Positions 1 through 9,893 of a stretch of 20,000 bases of DNA are shown here, piece after piece. A program made the translations under genes and the position numbers. Where the stretch lies: positions 50,012 through 70,011 of the forward strand of contig NGBS01000601.1 in NCBI GenBank assembly GCA_002245135.1. Direction: 5' to 3'. The notes under the pieces were generated by a model that saw nothing but the letters and a program-made list of their open reading frames with translations, was not told where the DNA came from and searched no databases. How positions within the stretch are numbered: position 1 is the stretch's first letter; the number at the start of each line of letters is the position of its first letter. The stretch comes from Proteromonas lacertae (taxonomy: Eukaryota).

Positions 1-1413
1 TATGCAGATAAAGAAAATATTAATGACTCAGATAGCAATTCAATGTCATCATCAATTCACAATTGCGTTCCAATATGGTTAAGATCAGAAGTATAAGCTG
101 ATATTTCTACCATTTATTAATAGATAGACATAACTCGTAAAGAATCAAAAGTAGAAAAAATGAGAAAACAATACGATAAACAATCCAAAGAATGTACTTT
201 TCAGCCAAAAGTATCACCAAAATCACACCAACTAACAGACGAAGATAATCATCATCAACAACAATATATTCCAATATGGAAAAGAACAGCTATTGATTTA
301 GCTAAAAGAGAAATGTCTAGTGCAAGAGCTCAAGAAATGTATGATCCAAATGTAAGAGAATGTACATTCAAACCAAATATAGAAACATCACCACATTATC
401 GATTTAATAAAGAAAAATACAGTGTAAATAATAATAATAATAATAATAATAATGAAGATGATGATGATGAATCTCCATCAATAATTACAAGATTAACTGA
501 AGGAAATGAAAAACCAATAAACAAACAACTACAACGAAGAGTTGCTTGGGAAGAAGAGATAAAACAACAATGTCCATTCAAACCACATATTAATGAAATC
601 AGTAATAAAATAATGGAACAAAAATACAATAATAAAGGTGATTTTATGCAAAGACAACAATATTATGAATTAGAAAAGATTAAAAAAGAGAATAAAATAA
701 GAGAAAGAGAGAATATGAATTACAATAAAAAATATCCGTTTAAACCAGAAATAGGAAATGCTGAAGAAGTATTGATTTATAAACGACCTGATTTAGTATT
801 AGAAACTGAAGAAGAAAGAATAGAGAGATTAAGTAAAAAGGACTTTGATAAAAAACAAAATATTAGAAAGAAAGTAGCAGATGAATATTATGGTCAATTT
901 TCATTTAAACCGAATGTAAATAAAAAATCAAAATATTTAGCAAGATCCTCCAGTTGTAGTAAATTGTATAATAGTGATAAAGAGAAAGAAGAAAAACTAA
1001 AGAAATTAGAAGAAGAAAAAGAAAGAAAATATAGAGAAGAATGTACTTTTAAACCTGATTTACACTTTACAAAGAAACAGAATCAATTAGTGGACGATTA
1101 TTATAGAAATCAATTGAAATATACTGAAAAAATGTATAATAATTTAAGAGAAAAAGAAAAACTAATCATTCAAAATAAGAGAGAAAAAGAAATGGAAGAA
1201 TTGAAGGAATGTACATTTAAACCAAAGATACAACCACCTCCTAAGAAAGGTGATAAACTCGTATTAGTGAATGGATTGGGAAGATACTTGGAAATGACAG
1301 AATTAGCTAAAAGGAAGAAAGAAGAGCAGAAAAAAAGAGAAAAGAAAGTATTTGCATCTGGTAAAAAGCCATTACAACCATTCACAATACCGCAACCGTT
1401 TAATCTTTCTTGA
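1..1413 (+). CDS. 5'-truncated protein with 7 (E)CTFKP-type repeats, charged helical linkers and a C-terminal 'TIPQPFNLS' motif; putative microtubule/cytoskeleton-associated protein. Exons <1-90, 124-1413
   Basis: Frame 1 is open from base 1. Removing intron 91-123 (GTATAAG...TAATAG, 33 nt) joins VPIWLRSE to IDITRKE, echoing the internal IPIWKRTAIDLAKRE repeat. Motifs: ECTFQPK, ECTFKPN, QCPFKPH, YPFKPE, FSFKPN, ECTFKPD, ECTFKPK. Stop TGA at 1411-1413. Function is inferred from resemblance to TPX2/FAM161-like short motifs. Confidence 0.8.
427..470 (+). repeat. (AAT)n/(GAT)n trinucleotide microsatellite encoding poly-Asn/poly-Asp
   Basis: aat aat aat... gaa gat gat gat gat, translating to NNNNNNNNNEDDDDE inside gene 1. 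Confidence 0.85.
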
Positions 1414-1585
1414 AATTTTGTTCTTTTGTGTTAATAGTAAGTAATATGTAAAATGTCTAATTGTTTTTTATTTATATGTTTTATATGTATAAAGATAAAA
1501 ACATATGAATATATATTGAAATATAGAATATAAAATATTGAATTATGAGATTATTGAGATTTACTTCCACACTTTAATCTACTAA

Positions 1586-4500
1586 TTACTTGGCTGGGGC
1601 AGGTGCTACTGCATTTGTTGGAATACCTGGTGCATTAGGAGCACCACCATTAGTGGCTTGACTGTTAGCAGCACTAGTTTTATCTTTCTTATTGTCCTTA
1701 ACCTTCTTCTTCTTCTTCTTTTGAATTAATTCATGAGTCAAATCTTTCATAACTTCTCTTATACGAATATCACGTGATTTTACAGTTGTCATTAAATCTG
1801 TCAACTTTCTAGCATGTTCAGCATAGGAACTTAACAAATATAATTTGAAGTAATTATTAGTCTGTAAGTTAACAATCAATGACTTTTGTGCTTTATCAAA
1901 TACGCAATTATCAGCCTTCTTTAATCTCTTTTGAATATCTTCTAACACATTTGGAGGAACATTGACAGAGAAAGCACCAAAACTAATAAATGTTTCATAA
2001 ATCCAATCTTCATAATCCACTTTATCATTACCAGGTTGTTCTTGTTTAAATAAGCAGATATGAACATAACAATCAACAAAGTGTTCTAATTGAGATTGTT
2101 TTAAGAATTCTCTGAAGTAAGCTCTTGATATTGGTTTAGATATAATGCTTTCTAAGAATTTAACATCAGTATTTAAGTCATTAACTTTAGTAACTCTAGC
2201 TCTCTTTTCTAAGACTAAGTAAACATACAATGGAATAACAGCAATAGCTAAACCGAATGATTTCAATATAGCAATTGTAGTAATAACTCCCAAGCTAGGA
2301 CTGTCTATTAAATCCATTATCCATGAGATAATTACAACGAATAATGATTGAATTATCATCATTACAGCTAATACTCTAGCAGATGATTCTTCTCTATCTC
2401 TCATTAAAGAAATGACGAACTTTAATGCAATACCAACTAATGTAATCTCTAAAGCACCAGCCATATAACTATATAAACTAACTTCACAGGTTATAAACAC
2501 TTTTCTTGGTACATCTTCTATGATTTGTTCTTTAGCATCCTTTAAAAATATAAATCCACCAGCAACATAATAGATAACAATTAATACACCAAATACAACC
2601 ATTCTTTTATTCATTACATCAACTGGTACATATAATTTCTTAGCTCTTAATAATGTTAATTGAGCAGCTAAACAGGATGTTACTAATGATAATGAAGCAG
2701 TAATACCGAATAAGGCAGTTCTTGCAAGACAACTATATTGTTCAGGATCAAATGTATATAGCAAGAATGAAAATGCAGCTAATATTGAATATGCTGGTAA
2801 AGTATAAACTAAACCAGGTAATTCAGCTACAACTACATGTCCAGAGTTGGATTGAATCAATGCAATTAATGCGATATATCCAAGTGCAACTAAGATCACT
2901 AAAACTAACAACACATAGAAACCAGAACTACCAATCTTCAATTGCATTTCAATGGGTTCAGGAACCCAACTAAATGGAGCTGGAAATTCACTTGGACATT
3001 GACAATTCCAATCTCTTGCAGAATCACAATCTCCCTTTTCATTACATACATTATTAGTACTAGGACCAATGATTCTAGAGGATAAAGTCATATTACCATC
3101 TTCAGATTTATTCTCATATACTTGCATCAATATTAATTCACCTTGTTCATTCATATGAGATTCAGAACCAAAGTGTATTGTACCATAGAAGCTTTCCCAA
3201 TATAAACAAGTAACACCAGCACCACAGGCAGTATCATCTTGACAGAATTGACCAGTCCAACTGGCAGAACCTGATCCTGATGATGCATAACCACATTCAC
3301 CAAAACCTGTTAATATTTCATACATTCTTGCATTACTTGTTTCACTGAATTGATCACTTGGTACATATTTCTCATCTTCTGCACCTTGAGCTGCTAATTC
3401 GATTGCTCTTTGAACTGTTACACCACAAGCTGCTCCCATAGCGGCGTATTCAATATCCATAGATGTTTCAGCTGGTGCAGTTGGTAATTGCTTGTATACA
3501 TATTCCTTTAATGCTGCTTTGGCTGATTCTTTGAATTCTGCATTTGTTCCCATATATTTACCTTGTTCATTTCCTAATGTATCTGGATTGTACTGACTGT
3601 AAGGTGTTAAATAAGTCCAATGAGATGATGCTAATTCTGTATAATCTATTTATTTATTTATAAGATATATTAATATATACATTTGAATCCTGCAGGTGTA
3701 GTAACTAATACACCACTTGGTGTCCATTGATACTGTTGTGCTAATTCCATAATTGTAGGTAAACCATCAACATCACTAATAACAACAACATCTGGATTAA
3801 CTTCCTTCAATACAGCAACCCATTTTCTTAATTCTTCTACATATCTTGCAGGGAAATCGACTGTACCTTGATGTCTAGCAAATACACACTTTTCTTCACC
3901 TGGACAATCATTATCTGAACCACAAGATCCAGCATAAGGATCTGTAGCAACACTTTCACATCGTTTCATTACTTGTCTTATCTTTGATAATTGGTTATCT
4001 TTTTGTGCATTTTCAAAGGCTTTTTGTACTCTTTCTCCGAAATAATATCCTTCGCCTGTACTTGAACCTAATACTGCATAGGTAATAGCACTATTTCTCT
4101 GTGAAAAGAATTCAAAACCACTTAATGATATAGCATCTGGTTGAGCATTATTAATATTATACATAAACTTCTGTTTGCTACTATCTAATGTATCTTCCTC
4201 AGCTGATGCTAAAATGACTGTAATATTGCAGGCAAATGGTATATATTTCTCTTCAATCGAAACTGTAGTATCATCACGAAAAAACTCCCTTGTTCCATTA
4301 ATCATTCCTTCTCTCAATTGAACTACTAATTCATCGCCATATGGAGCAATTAAAAAATGTGGAGGTGCTTTTTCTTCAATGGGTTGATTTTTATCAGTTC
4401 TGTTAATATCTACTTGTTTCTTATATGTAAGTGCTTGTTGGCAAATACTGAAACCTTTTTGGTACATTTTGGTTTTTCTTGTTTCTTTTGAATCTCCTTT

Positions 4501-4893
4501 AGCCCAATCTATTACTCTGAGTGATACTTTTGTTCTATAAGATAATAAATTTCAGTATAATCATACTGCTCAGTACCAGCTGGACATTCTGAAGTAGAGG
4601 TTGTACTTCTACTTAAGCAAACACCTCCTTTTCCATTCACCCAATCTCTCCAAGCTAATAAGCCAGCAGCCATTCTACTTCCTATTAATTCTTAGATAAT
4701 TATGAAATACCATAAAATATGTCTTCTCCTGATAAATCTAAGAATGCATCAACTCTGATTTTATCATCTTCATGAACTGTGTCACCTCCTGGATGAATAT
4801 ATTCTACACACTCAATCTAACACAATAAACTCATAAAATTCATACCTTATATAAATTTAATAATAATATTAATAGTAGTATATGTTTAATCAT
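1586..4893 (-). CDS. ~1060-aa receptor: signal peptide + type I periplasmic-binding-protein (Venus flytrap, LivJ-like) ectodomain + class-C-like 7TM + RGS domain. Exons 4893-4846, 4816-4711, 4681-4567, 4534-3681, 3645-1586
   Basis: Four GTA..TAG introns (4817-4845, 4682-4710, 4535-4566, 3646-3680) join two ORF-track fragments and upstream exons into one 1061-codon frame. N-terminus MIKHILLLILLLNLYKIEC is signal-peptide-like. IRVDAFLDLSGEDIFYGSRMAAGLLAWRDWVNGKGGV, FLIAPYG and LKEVNPDVVVI match the PBP1/LivJ pattern. Seven hydrophobic segments lie at ~2930-2213, with 'SCLAR' at the start of TM3 and a Cys in ECL2. RGS-like segment FLESIISKPISRAYFREFL...IYETFI...VNV...VFDKAQ lies at ~2160-1820. 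Confidence 0.88.
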
Positions 4894-5010
4894 AATTAGA
4901 ACCACCCCTAGCTATTAAAATTTTAATTATAATTCTCTTGATCGTCCGTTACACTTATATAAAGAATTTATAACGACATTTCTATAAAACGACTATTTTT
5001 ATTTTTATAC
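4894..5010. promoter_or_regulatory. 117-nt divergent (bidirectional) promoter region between the receptor gene and the IQ gene
   Basis: ATG on the - strand at 4893 and ATG on the + strand at 5011. Contains AACGAC twice (4972-4977, 4988-4993) and CGTTAC. Confidence 0.55.
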
Positions 5011-7864
5011 ATGGAATCTAATGATCCACATTTATTTATACCTATAGATTGTGTTTACGGATATGATGAGAATGATATATTACTGTTTAAAGATATACCT
5101 AAAGAAAATTCGTTAGAAATTGAAAAGCTACCTACTCACTTCATTCCTAAATTAGCTCCCATACCTTTAATACAAGCAGCTAAAATCAATAGAGTGGAAG
5201 CAACTTATCGTGCTTTACAGTTATTGAGAATTAACCCAAACAGAAGTCCATATCTTATTTTTATAGCTGATAATTTATCTAAATTTACATTTAATGACAG
5301 TTATGATACTTTTATAAACAAAAATGGAACGTTATTATATCGAAGAAAAGATACAACAGAAGTTACATATGAATATCCATTCTTATCTAAATTCCAAGAT
5401 AAAATAGCAGAGACAGAAGAAAAGCATAATTCTGGCTATTATATAGAAGAATGTATATAATTTACTAATTTAATGTTTTATCTATATAGATGGAACAATG
5501 CAATCCTCATTTATTAGAAATATCCAAGTAAGACATGCTACATGTATAATACAAACATGGTATAGAATGATATGTTGTTACAGATCTTATGAGCAATTAC
5601 TATATAACAGAGATGTAGCTGCCATTAGAATACAGTCATTAATAAGAGGATTTTTAGGTAGAAGATATGTTAGAAATTATAAGGATTATTTCTATGGAAA
5701 TGCTATTAAAATACAATCTTTATTTAGAAGATATAAATATAGAAAGTATATATATATATTATTAATTCTATTTTCTTTATTAGATTATATAAACAAATAT
5801 ATCCATTATACAAATGTGAATTAGAAGCTCAGAAATATTTAAACCAATTCAAATTCGCAACAAATAATGAAAAATCAGAACGAAGACATTCAATAAGTGA
5901 TCCATTTATAATAAAATCATATGATTTATCCTCTCAATTTGACACTGATACTTATTTGAATGATATTTGGGTGCAATTTACTGAAGAGAAGGATAAATAT
6001 AATTGGTTCTTTGATGATCAATTAATATGGAAAACGAAAGCATCTTTAAGAGATGAAGAACAAAATAGAAGAATTGAAAGTAAGAGAAAATCTCAGTTAG
6101 ATACTTTAAGAGTTGAAATAGAATGTAGAAGTAGAAGAATTAGTCAAACTATTGACTTGCCTAGACAATATGATGAGAAAATGGTACAAACTAATGAAGG
6201 AAAAGAAGAGAAAGAGAAAGAGAAAGAGAAAGAAGATGATGAATATGGTGAAGAAATAAAGGATGATAATGAAGAAGAAGAAGAAGAAAAAGAAGAGTTC
6301 AAAAATGATATAATTACTGAAGACGATTTAGAAGCACCACTAGAAACAGGATTTGTAGATGAATCAGAAGAATATGGTACAGAAGCAGATTATAAGAATG
6401 ACTTAGAGAATTTAGGATATAATGATGATGGTGATGATGATGATGATGGAAATGAAGAAGGATATGGAGGTGAAATATTACAATCAGAAAATCAAAACTC
6501 TTATTCTGATGAGAGAAGTAAAAGTAGCATTATTAATAGATCTGCACCAAGATTGTCACATGTTTCAACAGTTAAAAATTCACAAAGTGATACATTAGAC
6601 CCATTGAATGTATATATAACTATTAATTATTGTTATTATTATTAAATAGAAGAACAAAGCATATAATAGAATTGAAAGTGGTTATTCTTATCCAGTCGCA
6701 AGGAATTTATACAATTATTTAATCAAATTAGAACCAGATTTACATTCAGTTTTACCTCCAACATTGAAAAAGAAAGAAGTTAGATTTTGTCAATTATTTA
6801 CTCCATTATTTCAGTATAAGACTGAAGATTTATTACCAGAAACAACTGATAAACCAATTTCATCATCTTTAAAGGTAAATATAAATCCATTCATAGGAGG
6901 ACATTTAACAACAGTTAGAAATGGAAAATTATACTTCAAAATAGCCAAAGCTGAGTATAAACATAATAAAATAGAATGGAAAGAAGAAGAACATGTTGAA
7001 AAACCAAAAACAATGTTTAAATGTAAAAAGAGAGAAGTTTCAGTTATTCATACTGATTTTAGAGTTACCTACCCAAATACAATGCCATCATTTAGTCCAC
7101 GTAATGCCTCAAAAGAGATTAAAAGTATTTATATTGAAGTACCTTATAAAGAATATCATCCTCCACCTAAAGACTTAGATGAATTCTTAGCTCAACATCA
7201 AGATGAATTCCTTTCACATTTATTAAGCAAAGTTCCAAGCCAAGCTTCTTCCAGAAATGCTTCATTAAAGAATCGTAATGCTTTTACTAGTAATAATCAA
7301 TATCCCAATTCAATCTCCACTACATCATTATTACAAACATTACCACCATTATCACCAGTATTAACTATCAGAGGCAGCTAAAGCGAAAAGAAAACAATTA
7401 AGTTATCAATTACATTATAAGAAACATCCTCATACTCATCCATTTCCTAGAGATTATACTTATAAAGGAGATCAATTTGATGATAAACCAAAGTGGGTAA
7501 ATCCAGCCAAACATTATTATTTTCATCCAATAGAAGCTGCCAATAAAATGAATTATAATAATTATACTGACACTGTTAGAACTGTGGCTAGTTATCCTGC
7601 TTCGCCTATTAAACTGTGTAGAATTGATCCAGAGTATTATTTCATATATTATAATGTAGATCTAAACCACCACCACCATTATATCCAATGATTGGTAAAG
7701 GAAGAACAGTTGTATATGAGCCAATTAAAAGTGATAAAAAGAAGCCCAAGAAGAAGAAGAATAGTAAATCATCATCACATATATTTGAATATGTTGTTGA
7801 TCCAATTGCTGAAAAACAATTCTTGACTGATCCTTATAGATATCGTTTCCCAAGATTAAAATAA
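5011..7864 (+). CDS. ~900-aa IQ calmodulin-binding-motif protein with an acidic central region and a Pro/Tyr-rich C-terminus. Exons 5011-5452, 5490-5745, 5784-6609, 6650-7633 (with +1 frame break at ~7365-7381), 7660-7864
   Basis: Introns 5453-5489, 5746-5783, 6610-6649 and 7634-7659 (all GTAT..TAG) restore frame. Three IQ motifs: IQTWYRMICCYR, IQSLIRGFLGRR, IQSLFRRYKYRK. Coding-like sequence continues in another frame after the TAA at 7379-7381 to TAA at 7862-7864. Confidence 0.75.
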
Positions 7865-7977
7865 ATAAATATAATTTATATGTTATATTTAATGATTAAT
7901 ATTTTATTTTTATTTTGTTATGTTATAAAAATTATAAAAAATAAATAAAAAATAAATAAAAAAAATAACTAATCTAT

Positions 7978-9735
7978 TTAAAAATAAGGATTATCTCTTA
8001 AAGTGGATGTTGTTTTATGTTTTGTATTTATTGGGGATGTATTTCTTTTATTTGTAATTCTTTGTATATCTTCTTTTTTTAATTTATCTCTTATACCAAT
8101 CAATACTTTTATTCTTTCAACATTTAATTTATCATTTTCTTTTAACTCTTGTAAAAGTACTTTTTCTGCTTCTAAATTAATTTCTAATCTTTTTTTACCT
8201 TCTTCTTCTTCTACTACTGTTGGCTTCAATTCTGATTTCAGTTTTTCATTCTCTAGTTGCAGTTTTCTCACTTTCATTTTCAGCGTTGCTAGTTTTTCTT
8301 GTAAAGATTTTTCAAATAGTTTAGATTTACTAACAATAATATATATATATATGTATAAAATATACTCTACTTCATTATCTAATAATCTACCCATCTCACC
8401 TTTTGACCAATCAACTTCATACAATGCATTTTTCTCGATTTTTATTGGTTTCTTTAAATGAGCTGTTTTTCTTGCATTTATCTTTGCAATTACTGAAGAA
8501 TCTCTTGTTTGATAGAATGTCTTTTGTCGATACTAATACTAATAATAATAACAACAAATACTTCTCCTTTTGGAACTCCAGCTCTAACATGATGGTCATT
8601 TATTCTATCTCTCAATTCGTAAAAGAATTTTTCTTCTTCAAGTTTTTGCTTATCTGTAAGTGTATGAGCAACATATCCCATATCTTAAGAGTGAAATATT
8701 AGAATATATTCATATACTTGTTTCTGAACCAGTATTAAAATACAAATTTCCAGGTTGAGGTAAAGCTGGATCTAAAGGATTCCTAGGAGCCATAAAAACA
8801 TCAGTTGCATAATTTATATTATCATCATTTGTACTATAATAAATAATAATAATAATAAATAATTTCATATTTATACTATTGTAAATCATAATCAATTACA
8901 ACTACAGGATTAGGATCAGTATCTCCTGGCTGTTGACCTTCAGGAAACATATCCAATAATATGGATTCAACTTTTGTTTCACCAGATTTTGCTACTGAAA
9001 CTGCTTTTTGTACTGATTTAGCTACTGATTGTGTTTTTTCAGACATATGCGATTGTTTTTGTGAAGCAGCAGCTGCTGATGCAGCTATAGATGCGGTTTT
9101 GTGTTGAGATTCTACATTACCAGCATGATTCGAAACTGTAGATCTAGGTACTGTTGGAGGAAGTGATGGATTATGCTGTTTTTGAGATGCTTGTGTGAAT
9201 TGTCTAGATGCTACAGTTGCTGGTCGCGATGTTGCTGTACCTGGTCTTGAAATAGGAGCAGAAGCTGGCCTTAACGAATGTTTTGATAATGCTGAAGCAG
9301 GTCTAAATAAAAGATAGAAAAAAAATATAATTATCTAATAATTACCTTGGTATTCTACATAAATATAAACAAATAGATTAATATACTCCATTACTGATAT
9401 AAATTTTGGTACTCTAAGAATTATATTAAAATATTTAATAATACGGTGGTAATTTTGTATCTACATCATGACATGATGGTCTTTCTGATATAGGTCTAAC
9501 AATAAAACCTGGAATTATACATAAAACTATCATTAGCATAACGATCTCCACTCCCAGCACTAATTTAATAGATCATATATATACTATGTAACATATGAAG
9601 CTGGTTTTGGTTTAAATCTATATAAATCAAGTTATTGCGGAATACAGAGGAATGTATTGTGCGCTATGTATTATTAAAAAAACATAAATACCCTTTTATA
9701 GCTGTTTTAGGAGCTGCAGGACCTAAAATAGGCAT
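7978..9735 (-). CDS. 467-aa protein of unknown function with a Pro-rich N-terminus, RPAS/RPGT/RPAT low-complexity region and C-terminal coiled coil. 12 exons: 9735-9692, 9663-9646, 9617-9585, 9559-9521, 9495-9445, 9413-9387, 9354-9346, 9302-8877, 8833-8718, 8683-8562, 8532-8366, 8329-7978
   Basis: Removing 11 GTA..AG introns (25-43 nt) gives one stop-free 468-codon frame: MPILGPAAPKTAIKGAQYIPLFKPKPASYVTYAGSGDRY...RPASALSKHSLRPASAPISRPGTATSRPATVASR...LRDNPYF*. Confidence 0.75.
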
Positions 9736-9893
9736 TTTTAGAAAATATATTTGATAATGGTTTGAGCATTTTAAATTTAAAACTGTCTTTGTTAAAGTAT
9801 AAAACATGATAAAAAATACAATTCATATAATATATAAAAATTATTAATAATTTTATTTTAATAAAGTGACAAATTAATTATCAAAATTTTATA

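Noticed and set aside
396..1385. Short minus-strand ORFs 396-629 and 1170-1385, and similar overlapping ORFs at 2722-2973, 6993-7178, 8003-8702, 10802-11292, 13104-13370, 13969-14205 and 14332-15149
   Set aside because: Antisense or out-of-frame shadows of well-supported genes.
1411..1440. Blastocystis-type stop codons created by polyadenylation (GT-rich tract just after gene 1)
   Set aside because: Every gene with a visible 3' end has a complete genomic stop codon, and I found no exact TGTTTGTT motif positioned just after a gene end.
9509..9527. Alternative 19-nt intron (GTTTTATG...TCCAG on the minus strand) that also keeps frame
   Set aside because: Non-consensus GTT donor and CAG acceptor; the 25-nt GTATA...TTAG intron at 9496-9520 fits the local consensus better.
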